NCBI GenBank assembly: GCA_009859145.1
Contig: VRVR01000024.1
Coordinates: 56,896 to 120,895 of the forward strand
DNA length: 64,000 nt
Reading direction: 5' to 3'
DNA from: Andalucia godoyi And28
Lineage: Eukaryota; Protista; Jakobida
Numbering within the stretch: the stretch's first letter is position 1; each line of letters starts with the position of its first letter. The translations under genes and the position numbers were made by a program. Under the pieces are notes generated by a model that saw nothing but the letters and a program-made list of their open reading frames with translations, ran no database searches and was not told where the DNA came from. Below, one piece after another: positions 34,037-44,100 of the stretch.

Positions 34037-34894
34037 TCAGCTCGTCTTCTTCCGCTTTCCTGAAGATTCTTCGACGGACGTTTCGCTAATGCCACGCTTG
34101 CGGTTTGCAGACATGACAGTGTCTTCTATGGAAGCCTCCACAGAACCCTTGACAAACTTTCTCAAGAGTGCTCGACTGGAGACGTCACAAGACGCACGTT
34201 TCCACGACGCAAGACATTGCGACGGTGATTTCTGGCCAAACAATGTGGAAAGATAGCAGAGCTCCTGAGGTTGGCGCAGATCGGTTACAAAGGATGCGGA
34301 GCTGGAAAATAGGATGCCGCGACCTTTCGTGACACGATACAGAACAGACAAATTGGATAAGTACGGTGTTCTGACTGAAGGTTCGCGCACAAACACCCCA
34401 TAAGCAATCTCAAAAACAAGTGACCTGCTCAGCGCCTGCTTGATGATTGGAAACCTTAGCACAGAAGACATTCGCTGCGACAAGTCAAAGGAAATGATTT
34501 GAAAATCAGAAGAACTCGTCAGGACATGCAGAAGCGCCTTTTCATCGACAGACCGGAAAGCAAGGACGTCCACATCTTTTAGCATCGGCAAGCACGCGAC
34601 AAACTGGTGGAAATCGCTGATGGACGCACAGTCATACGTCACCCGAGTCAACACACGAAAACCATTGATGGTCAGTGACGAAGTGGCTTGCGATGATGGG
34701 ATTGACAACTTGAGCTCAGCTCGAACGCTATCCGCAGCTTGCAACAAGCTGTGGACGTCTCGTGCTGATGGCTTCTTCTGAATTGTCAAGTCGAGCGCAG
34801 CAGCACCAAATCCCAGAGATTTGCACTGATCGCAAATCTTCGAGAGTCTTTTCAGATTTGCATCTCCAACGGGAACACTCCAGTCAATCAGCAT
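34037..34894 (-). CDS. RPP30: RNase P/MRP subunit p30
   Basis: PHP-like pattern LGFGAAA, RVLTRVT, DVLAFR, IISFDLSQR, VFEIAY, TKGRGILFSSSA, LRQP. Confidence 0.85.
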   Translation of the reverse strand: MLIDWSVPVGDANLKRLSKICDQCKSLGFGAAALDLTIQKKPSARDVHSLLQAADSVRAELKLSIPSSQATSSLTINGFRVLTRVTYDCASISDFHQFVACLPMLKDVDVLAFRSVDEKALLHVLTSSSDFQIISFDLSQRMSSVLRFPIIKQALSRSLVFEIAYGVFVREPSVRTPYLSNLSVLYRVTKGRGILFSSSASFVTDLRQPQELCYLSTLFGQKSPSQCLASWKRASCDVSSRALLRKFVKGSVEASIEDTVMSANRKRGISETSVEESSGKRKKTS

Positions 34895-35677
34895 CTTCTA
34901 TGCACTCGCGAGACTTCAAAATCCACGCAAAGCACAGCACATCAAGGAAAAAGAGAAGACAGAAAAAGGAAAAAGACTCGGACAGATCTCCCAAGCATCG
35001 TGCGGTAGCAAAATTTGAAAAAGCAAGACGTATAAGAGGCACTCTTACGACAGATTTGTCACCCCAGTGGTTTTGCGATACCCGAGCATCCAAGTGCCCA
35101 AGCGTCCAGGGTGTTCATCGCTCCGCAGGTCCAAGGCGCTCTTTTCTGGGAGGGCCAAGGACTCAAAGGTCCAGAGGCGATGTTGCCACATCGGACAATT
35201 CAGTCACCGGCTGCAATCTTACTAAACTGCAGTCTCCAAGAGAGCGAGCACATCGGGGTCAGAAAATCGTTCGTGTCTCTTTTCAACGGATTCCGGCTGG
35301 GGGAGGGAAGAAAACAGCCACCAGTCACCCGAGCCGGCCTCAAACAGTCAAAACTGCGTATTTTTTCAGCATGCGCTCATCAGAGAACAGAGACATCGTC
35401 TGTCGCAGGACGGAGCAGCATGCTTTCCGTGACGGGCCCGAAACGCAAACGTCTGGCTGCCTTTGTGGTGCCGCAATCTGCACGAATTTCCATTCGTTTG
35501 CTCATACAGATTCGGGTATTTGGCGAAGAGATCCTTTCTGCTCACAAACCTTCAAAACGAATTCCACTGAACGTGTACATGGGAGAAAAAACAACCCGGA
35601 AGCTCTCTTCTGAAAACCGTCTCTTTTTTATAATTTTCTCATCAACCCCAACAACTGCTGCAACTCCCCCCGCAACC

Positions 35678-36154
35678 ATGACCGCTACCACCATTGAGAA
35701 CACGGGAAAAGCCAACGTCTTCATGCGAAAACGATATCTGCAAGTCACACCAATCCAGGTGCACACAGCCGACGGCCTGCTGCCATCATGGAATGCACTC
35801 AGTCCAGCCAATCTCGTTCACAGTTTCAATAATCTTCATGCCCAAGCAGTCGCAAACACTTACAAACAAGAATGCAAAGAGGAGATAGGATGCCCTCCGC
35901 CGTCTCCATTAGGGATGGAGATGGAGCGACAATCTGCAGACGTCCACAGAATCCTTCGCGCGACACTTGATGTGTTCTGCAGGTTGGAGACGGAAAACGA
36001 AGCAGCACACAGCTCTTTCCGAAAGATGGCTTCGTCTGATCGAGACATGAAAAATCTGGTGACTTGCCCTGCTGCTCCAGCTCCGTATTCTAGATTCAGC
36101 CCCTTTCTCTCAAGAAGCAGCTTGGAAACAAACATTAAATCCAGAGACATTTGA
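35678..36154 (+). CDS. Hypothetical protein (158 aa; the frame is open further upstream)
   Basis: ATG in an ACC context at 35678 after a T-rich tract; converges on the Rab34-like gene; no recognisable motif. Confidence 0.45.
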   Translation: MTATTIENTGKANVFMRKRYLQVTPIQVHTADGLLPSWNALSPANLVHSFNNLHAQAVANTYKQECKEEIGCPPPSPLGMEMERQSADVHRILRATLDVFCRLETENEAAHSSFRKMASSDRDMKNLVTCPAAPAPYSRFSPFLSRSSLETNIKSRDI

Positions 36155-36207
36155 GCGTAGTTGCGGAAACACCATATTGTAAATATCTTTTCGAATTGAG
36201 ACGGAAA

Positions 36208-37023
36208 TCAGTTACAACAATTCTTCTTCTTCTTTTTGGAATGGCTCTTGTCCGGATGCATCTGCAGTGCCTCCTTCTTGTCTAAAGCAGCCCTCTCAGA
36301 CTCGTACTTCAAAAGGCAATGCTCAAAAACAAATACTGCGACGCGGTCAAACAGCTCGACAATTTGGGACCCCAGCTTCGCCGACACCTCACAGTACTCT
36401 GCACCAATTTCGCGGGCAAACCGCAGGGCGTCCTGTCGGGTAACAGCCCTGTAAAGATCGCTTTTCAGACCCAAGAGAAACATGCACACCCCAGGAGCCT
36501 TTTCTTTGACCTCGGGATACCAAACCTCTCGCGCATGAACGAACGTATCTGGATCTGACACATCAAAGCAGATCATGCAAAGTTTGGCTCCTCGATAGTA
36601 CATCGTGGACAGACTCCGGAATCTCTCCTGGCCTGCAGTATCCCATAATGTAACGACAACTGGACATCCCAATATGGAATACTTCTTTGCGAGAAAGGAA
36701 ACTCCAATGGTCGGTCGGTAGTCCTCTTGAAAACGGTCTTCTGTCGCTCTGAGAGCCATCGACGTCTTTCCGCAGTTTGCATCTCCAACAATGATAACTT
36801 TGTCTGTTAAATTTACCTCTGCATCAATCTTGGCGTGATCCTTGCGAAAAGAATCCGCCAGATTCCGGATCGATGCGGAAAAATCGGTCTTGGCGTCGAG
36901 AATATCAAACGAATCCGGAAACTGCTTTTGGGGATACCCTTCTAACAATCGTTCTTCCTCGAACTGCTCACCCCGCATATCCATTCGAGACGCCAATCGT
37001 TGTCTATGCGGAGCCGCGTTCAT
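36208..37023 (-). CDS. Rab34/Rab36-like GTPase
   Basis: N-terminal extension, [43 protein letters not shown], polybasic KKKKKNCCN tail. Confidence 0.8.
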   Translation of the reverse strand: MNAAPHRQRLASRMDMRGEQFEEERLLEGYPQKQFPDSFDILDAKTDFSASIRNLADSFRKDHAKIDAEVNLTDKVIIVGDANCGKTSMALRATEDRFQEDYRPTIGVSFLAKKYSILGCPVVVTLWDTAGQERFRSLSTMYYRGAKLCMICFDVSDPDTFVHAREVWYPEVKEKAPGVCMFLLGLKSDLYRAVTRQDALRFAREIGAEYCEVSAKLGSQIVELFDRVAVFVFEHCLLKYESERAALDKKEALQMHPDKSHSKKKKKNCCN

Positions 37024-37419
37024 GGACGATGGACAGCCGACCTGCTTTTTCTCTAATCAGGCTGACATTCAAAAGAAAAGAAACATGTGTCCTGGTTTCT
37101 TGAACTGGCATGCAAAAAAACCACAAGTTTTTCAACAAGGAGCCTTTTTTATTCTGTGTGGAGCATGGGGAGGATACCTTCATCAAGTGATGCTGTTCGC
37201 ACAACAGAGAAAGGTTTCGTCTTTTTTCGTTTGTGACTCCTTGTTTCTTAATTCTTTTTTTTTTTTTAATTAAATTATTCAACCGCAAGAAAAATCGATT
37301 GTTATTATTAAAGTGTGTTGTGTTGTCGCCGTATTCCGTTCAGGTGGTCGATGGTACATTTGTTGACCTTGAATCCATCACTCAGAATCTTCTTCAGAAA
37401 ATTTTCGTGCCATACTGCC

Positions 37420-38046
37420 ATGACTTCTCCTAATTCCGTCTTTCTCGACCCGTTTTGCCTTCGGCAGTTTGAGGGATCATTCCAAGGCACTCGAATTCAA
37501 TGTATACCAGAGGATTTTATTCAGCACATCAACCAATTCATCGCACAGAATCCGAATTGTTTTGAGGAGGGATATGCTCCGTTCTGCAAGCATATTTTTA
37601 TTCCAAATTTCACCGATGCTAGAATTGGGTACCTTGCGATCACGCCGGACAACGAATCGTTGCTCCGTTCTGGTTATGAGTCTCGCACCACGGATGAACT
37701 TCCTGTTCTGACGCGGTGGTTTGATGCAAAAGACGTTGACGTTCCACAAGCTTCTGTTCTCGATTTGATTCTGTATTCCCGTGAGCAGATTATTCTTGAA
37801 AACAGTGCGCTATCGAAGACGGTTGGCCCTGACCATCCGATGAACCAACCCGGTTTTACGAGCTGTCAATGGGGCTTGATCAGCATCAAAAGCCAGGATG
37901 TGTTCAGAGAACTACCTATGACCCCAATTACAATGATGCGAAACGCTCTGGGAAAGCACGAGGGTGGCTCGGGTGTTCCTCTTGAAAAAATCAAGTACAT
38001 GGCTTCCGTGGACTTTTGGTGCAAGCATGCTCTTGTAAAATCGTGA
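37420..38046 (+). CDS. DUF3228-family (flagellar-associated) protein
   Basis: LDPFCLRQF, GYAPFCKHIF, LLRSGYESRT.DELPVLTRWF, LILYSREQI, PMTPITMMRNALG..EGGSGVP. Confidence 0.85.
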   Translation: MTSPNSVFLDPFCLRQFEGSFQGTRIQCIPEDFIQHINQFIAQNPNCFEEGYAPFCKHIFIPNFTDARIGYLAITPDNESLLRSGYESRTTDELPVLTRWFDAKDVDVPQASVLDLILYSREQIILENSALSKTVGPDHPMNQPGFTSCQWGLISIKSQDVFRELPMTPITMMRNALGKHEGGSGVPLEKIKYMASVDFWCKHALVKS

Positions 38047-38236
38047 AAGATTTTTTTCTTTCACCTTTTTTTTTTTTCCCTTTTGGTTCCCCGTGTTTTG
38101 TCTTTATACCATTGTATTGATTTTTCTTTTTTTCTGTTTTTTTTTCCCCTCCATAAAGTAAGGTGCATGCATGCAACATCATCTCAACCATCCACTGGCA
38201 GTCATAACGGAACTACGGCACACCATGACAATAGCA

Positions 38237-40084
38237 TCACCTCCGTTGGAGATAGAGCCGATTCCACAGACCTATGAGGTTATCCAAGGACAAACAGACG
38301 CTATGTCCTTCCACTTCCATCTTCAGCAACTGGTTTCCAGACGCCCTCCATTCAAGAAGGTCGTCCAAAAACACCTTCAGTTCATGCAGTTTAGCAGGAC
38401 CAGCTCGAACGCTTACGGCTACAACGCCGGGTTCCGGGTTGAGAAGAACCACGCGAACAAGTTTCGAACGGATAAAATCATTCGGAATGTCATGAGACAA
38501 CACAATGTGATCCTTCACGAGCTGATCAAGAGTAAACTTGGTTTTCGCCTCAGACTGAGTACGGATGTAGGAATCCTTACTTCTCACGTTCTGCAAATAC
38601 TCTTCATATAGCAACACTTTTTGCTCCAAGCTTCCGTACTCCTTTCGACAATCTTGCAAAACTTTCATAACTGCATCAGCCTTTTCGGAAAGAAACTTTT
38701 CAACCTGAGGATCTGAAAGTTGTGGACCACCATCAGCTTCCGAAACGGCCCCGGCAATCTGGAAAAGTCGCAAGGCCACGTTGTCCTGCGTGTTGGGAGG
38801 AACAGAAAACTTTTTGAGAAGGGAAATAATGAGAGACACCTTTGGCGTATTGCCATCCAATGAACACAGATCAGTTTCCAGCTCCAAACACATCGAATGC
38901 AACATGCGGAGTTCGGAAAACGAAACATCCACTGAAACCTCGTGGCTCTCCATCGCAGTCCCAAGCCACGCATCTGCTTCTGATTTCTTGAGACTTTCAG
39001 CAGATATGGTACAGACACTCTTCAAAAATGCCTCAAACTTTGGTCTGTAAGAAGTCAAAAAGGCATTGAGAGGCACCATAAACTCCTCCTTCTCGCCAAA
39101 AAACACTCCGTTAGACAGATTCTGGACGACCTTGGCAACCATCAGCAGGGACTTCCTCTGATTCGCAGTCAACAATGCCTCTCTATCTCCCAGCAATGAT
39201 TTCGGAGAGACGATTAGCGGAGTGGCAACCCGCAAAAACAAAAACCCTCCAACCAGCGTTAAGATTGTAGAATCAGAAACTGAGCTGGGAAACTTGGTGC
39301 GGCCCTCCTCGAAAATGCGAGAACACACGCATCTCAGTCCAAATGGCATTTCACTGACGCTGTTGAAGAATCTATCCAAGAGACGGGAAGACAAACTAAT
39401 AATCTTCTCAATACGCGGGTTTTGCAATCTACGGACTTTCTCGTCCTCCATTGCAACGCTATCTTCAGGCACTGTTCCAACAGAACCATACAACTCAACA
39501 AACAACTTGGAAGGTTTCAGCTCGAGATTCATTGATGAATCATTGCTGACTTCTTGGACAACTGGTTGCAAAACATCAACCATGTACTTACGAAAAGAAG
39601 GACGGTTCGCAAATACCGTCAACATCTTGGTGAACGCAGAATTGGACCTCATGAATTCTCCGATGTTCTTGCAGTTTGCATATTCGCCTTGCAACAGTTT
39701 TTGAAATAATTCCAATAGCTTCTTTTCTTCAGAGGGAGAAAACTGATTTCCAAACAGCGTCAGAACAACAAGTTGCAACAGCGGGTCAATATCTGAGGAC
39801 TTGGCCTTTGCAGTAAGAATGGCGAGATACTTCACATCGCATCGGAACAACGCGACGAGCGACTCATACGCCAGAAGTTGCTCGGGAAGCACCACAACTG
39901 CATCGTCTTTCTTCAACTGAAGTGAAGACTGAGGAAGAGTCTCTCGATAAAGGTTCCAAACAATCAGACGGATCTTGAGTTCCAGCTCCCGCAACCTTGA
40001 CCGCAGCTTGTACGTGGCCTTCGTCAACGAAGAAATATCACGCGTTTCTTGTAATAACTGGCGCTGTCCCGGTCGCTGCTGCAT
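38237..40084 (-). CDS. RasGAP of the IQGAP/Gap1 (RasGAP plus RasGAP_C) type
   Basis: VVLTLFGNQF..EE, FMRSNS, NLELKP, MPFGLRCVC, VGGFLFLR..TPLIVSP, MVAKVVQNLSN; probable ATG at 40084 (MQQRPG). Confidence 0.88.
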   Translation of the reverse strand: MQQRPGQRQLLQETRDISSLTKATYKLRSRLRELELKIRLIVWNLYRETLPQSSLQLKKDDAVVVLPEQLLAYESLVALFRCDVKYLAILTAKAKSSDIDPLLQLVVLTLFGNQFSPSEEKKLLELFQKLLQGEYANCKNIGEFMRSNSAFTKMLTVFANRPSFRKYMVDVLQPVVQEVSNDSSMNLELKPSKLFVELYGSVGTVPEDSVAMEDEKVRRLQNPRIEKIISLSSRLLDRFFNSVSEMPFGLRCVCSRIFEEGRTKFPSSVSDSTILTLVGGFLFLRVATPLIVSPKSLLGDREALLTANQRKSLLMVAKVVQNLSNGVFFGEKEEFMVPLNAFLTSYRPKFEAFLKSVCTISAESLKKSEADAWLGTAMESHEVSVDVSFSELRMLHSMCLELETDLCSLDGNTPKVSLIISLLKKFSVPPNTQDNVALRLFQIAGAVSEADGGPQLSDPQVEKFLSEKADAVMKVLQDCRKEYGSLEQKVLLYEEYLQNVRSKDSYIRTQSEAKTKFTLDQLVKDHIVLSHDIPNDFIRSKLVRVVLLNPEPGVVAVSVRAGPAKLHELKVFLDDLLEWRASGNQLLKMEVEGHSVCLSLDNLIGLWNRLYLQRR

Positions 40085-40229
40085 GATTTTCGAATTGCTT
40101 TTGACCAGACTTGACAGCAAAACCAGCAGACGGTACAGGCATCGACACCGGAAATACTGGGAAAGATGGCGGAGGAGGAGACAGCAAGGCAAAAATGGAA
40201 TGCTCGGAGAGGGTTTCCGGAGCAAGCTA

Positions 40230-40903
40230 TCCCCAAGGTTTCCCTGACGAGGGCTGCTTGGGGAATTGGGAAAATATCCGGGCAAAACAGAACGTGGGGC
40301 TGCGGAGGGGAAGGATGTGCTCTACAAATGTCGATGCAGCACAGCTGAATAAGCTTGAGCGGCGACATATTCGACACTCATCCTGCGTTGTTCCAAAGGT
40401 GCAAAACAAGCCTGCTCCTACATTGTGCACCGGACATGCATATCTACGAATAGACAAGCATATTCAGTCTTGCATCCCGTCGCCGGAAAGGAGATAGGCC
40501 CCCAACACGCCTCACGGCGTTCTTCAGATAGATGTTCCGCGCTCCGTTCCCAATTTCGATCAATCGGTGAGCCACGTTCTCGGCGTGACACGTGGTTCCT
40601 GAGAAGGGTGCATTTTGAGTCTGGCGGCCCTGGCAGAAGGCGCTTTCGTGTCCTCAGTTGCAGCGATTGATGCACCTGGAGATACGAGAGGAAGAAGCGG
40701 CAGGAAGACGGTGAGGTTTTGCGACTGCGACTGCGACTGCGCCTGGTGCATCGTAGCAGAAAACCAAGAGTTCTGCAAGAGACGGTCCCTGAGGCTTCTG
40801 CTTGGGGTTGGCTGCCCTGCGTGCTGGGGATTGGAGATCGTGTCTTGGAAGTTCGCCTCTCGGCGGTAGGCAAAATGCGTCATCCCAGCGCACTCACGCC
40901 CAT
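40230..40903 (-). pseudogene. Decayed copy 1 of a multi-copy P-loop NTPase family
   Basis: Begins MGVSALG followed by TGA at codon 8 (CGA in copy 2). Shares LVSP.ASIAATEDTKAP.ARA.RLKMHPS with copy 2 in a shifted frame. A possible P-loop remnant (SGDGM/KTE) is split across frames. Confidence 0.6.
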
Positions 40904-41030
40904 ATTTGAATTAAAAAAGTGAAGCCAACGAATGACAGAATATATGGCTACGGATGCTGCGTTAAAGAGTGTCGAAAATGCAGAGCCTGTGTCACCGGCT
41001 GAATTTTGGCCGAGCGTGCGTAAGCATGGA
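40602..41030 (+). repeat. Dispersed direct repeat, copy 1 (pairs with 50532-50870)
   Basis: Two blocks, 40602-40700 and 40874-41030, align by eye with 50532-50632 and 50712-50867; the second block is about 90% identical. Confidence 0.92.
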
Positions 41031-41195
41031 TTCCTGTGAAGCAAACGTGCTAGTGTCGGCCAGTATCGACCGTGTCTGTTTATGTATACTTCCTTCCGTA
41101 TGCATGGCAATGACCTGTTATTATTCAACGGTGCTGCGTTCACTCTCTTCGTTGTTGATGCGACTACGCCACCACACTGCATGGACTGTTGACTG

Positions 41196-44100
41196 ATGTT
41201 TTGCCGAGCACGATTAGCATTCTGCGGTCAAAACCAGCAGCTCGTGAACCGTGTCGTCAGAAGGCTCCAGTCTTCCGCTTCGTCTCCAAAGTACTTTGTG
41301 ATTACTTCCAAAGGTACGGTTGGTCATTCCAAGGTACGTGGAGAGAAGGGGTCAAGAGTTGAGCCTGTACCTCCTCTTGCTGAGGTCTATGCGTCGTTTT
41401 TATCTCCGCAGGCTGCTTTGGATGTCAGTCGTCTGTTCCAGAAGTACTCTTTGTTCGTCCGGTGTCTTCCCGGTGACAGCGCAATTCACTTGGATTATGG
41501 GGTGTGTCGCTTTTTAGGTCTGAGCCCTTCCTCTACTTCGCGCATGGATCCTGCAGATGATTCTGATGCTTTGTGGCTCGGATTCATTAACGGTTTCGCG
41601 TCTCTTGGTGCAGAGAAAGTTTCGAGGTTTTTCCGATTTGCTTCCCCAGGAGCGAAAAGTTTGCCGTCTTCGTTTCGAAACGTCGGATGGATAAATAGAA
41701 CAACGAGAATAATGAATGTAATCTCTGTGCAGGCCCATAGTCTGGTAGAATTGTACCTGTATTCCAACCTGGTCCTCTGCAAACCATTCGATTGTTCGTT
41801 CGTTTTTTTGAGTCCAGAGGAGGCATCAAGACCTCCTTTGTCTGTGCTCTATGATTTCTGTGATTTCATCCCATATTTGACATTCGATTCCATTTCAAAG
41901 TTGGAAGCAGAAGGAATATATGAGCTCATTGAAAAGAAAGCATTTCCGGCCGTACACGATATGCCGCGCATGGGAAGAAGGACACGCGACTGTGTGAAGG
42001 AATTGGGCGTTGAATCTCCTTCCTTGTTGCTGCAACGGATGGAGGATGTTGGGTGCTTTGGCTTTGAAGACTTGATTATCCACATGCTTTCAAGAAAGGC
42101 TTCGCATATCGGTCGCTTTCTTTCAGAATTATATGATAAGTGTCTGACGATGATCAAATTGGTAGACGTTGTGGATCGCGTTAATCAGGCTGCGATGGTG
42201 GATTCTCAATACGTGTCGTTTCTTAATTATTTAGAAAAGCGTTGTGTATCTCCTTCAGGAGTTGTTTTGAAAGTTCCTTCCTTGGGTTGCGATGTCAAAC
42301 ACTTGACAAATAGTGAACGTGCGTACTGGTACCAACGCTTTATTCGGTTCGGATTGTGTGGATGGGATGTATCCGATCAACCAAATGTTGTTTCCTACAA
42401 GTGGACTGCGGACCAAGAACACGTGTTTACCAGTGTTATCAATTGCCTCAACTCCACTGCTTGTCAGCGATTTGTTGTCTCAGGAAGAGACGGGACAGGG
42501 AAACGAGAGGTCATGGACCGCATGATTGCTGCTGTCGTGCTCTCTGGACAGCAAGTTGTTGTCTTGTCTGCAACAAGCATTCGATGCAGAGAGCATGTCT
42601 TGCGCTTGAACGAGAGATTCCGAAAGTCCATTCCTGGCATCAGGATTGGGCATCTTAGTCGGCTGGCCCATTCTGAAGATCAGGAACAAACAAAGGCAGA
42701 TCTCCAGTCTGGTGAGCTTAATTTGCTGATCTCGACTCCGCTGTTGTTTCGCGACCCACAACATTCTTTTGAAAATTTAGGTTTACTGATTCTGGATGAA
42801 GAGCAAGGAATGAGTCTTGATCCAAAAGTCTACGGGGTTCCAGATCTAAAAGTCGGCGTGCGCTCCGTTTCTTTCACCTCACATCGTCTTTCAGGAGAAA
42901 GTTTGTCTTTAGTTCAACGGTTTTGCACCTATTTCGAGCTGAATGAACTAAGTTGCCCCTCTGCTGAAAGTATCCATGCTTATTCCAAGAATGTTCTTTC
43001 CATGTTGCGTCGGGAATGTGGCGAACCGTTCTTAACAATGTTGTTTCCGGAAGTCATGCCTGGTGACTATGAAGATTCCCCTCAGGACACCCACGGCCCT
43101 CAGCATAACGAACCCCTCCAGACATCCCCCATGCGGATCCATAGCCATTCTGAACATGTTGACTTGGTGTTAATGGATCGTTCTGATGACAATATTCGGA
43201 AGATTGTATTATCGGAGCCCACAGTTAGGGTTGTAGTTCCTTGTTCTCGTGTTTTGGCATCAGCCACGTCAAGATACAAGCGAATTTTTGCGGATCATAC
43301 ATCATTTCGGATCGTTTCCCCGGGATCCTTGACAATGGACAAGAATGAACGGGACTTCGCTGATTTTGCCAGGGGATGGGCACGACTTGCGATCACGCCA
43401 TCATTTCCTTCGTGGGTCGGGGCCACTCCGAAATGTCGATTGATCTTGATTGATTCTGGGGAGTCATTGTCCCCGATCACGTTCTCCCAGATTATTGAAT
43501 CAGTCGAATCAAGTAGACTGCAAGCATTCCGAGAGACCTTCGATCTTTTTGGGCCCTTAGGAAGCTCCGAACCGTTGCCAGCCAATATGACTCTCATCCG
43601 TGATGTTCTATCGTCTTGGAAACGAATTCATGAAGGTCCTGAAGGTGAAAAGTACTATCCAATTTCTCCATTTAATGTGATACGATCTCTCCTCATGAAG
43701 CCACAGATTGTGTTTCTCACGTCCTTCCAGGATGCTAAACAAGTAACAGCTATGCGGACCTATGCAAGCCTACTCGATGCGAACATGTATGGGCGTCATC
43801 ATGGAGATGTCGAAGCGACGGTCGTTGCTCATTTTCTTGGAACAGAGTATTTTCGACAATACCAAGCGGGAAGTGCAGTTTTTCTGGCCCTGCTTCCAGA
43901 AATGATACGTGAAGTCTTGCTAAAGCTGTCGTCATCGCCGGAAACAGTATCTTCTTTGCTTGCAAAATGTAGGTGGAGACTATTGGAAGTCTGGAATTCT
44001 GCTGGACAGAAAATGCCTGGTATAGGACTGAAGACAGAAAATAGAAAGATGGGATTTCATGGTCCTGAATCCGATGTCTCCGATTCCAATGCTGCTCTGC

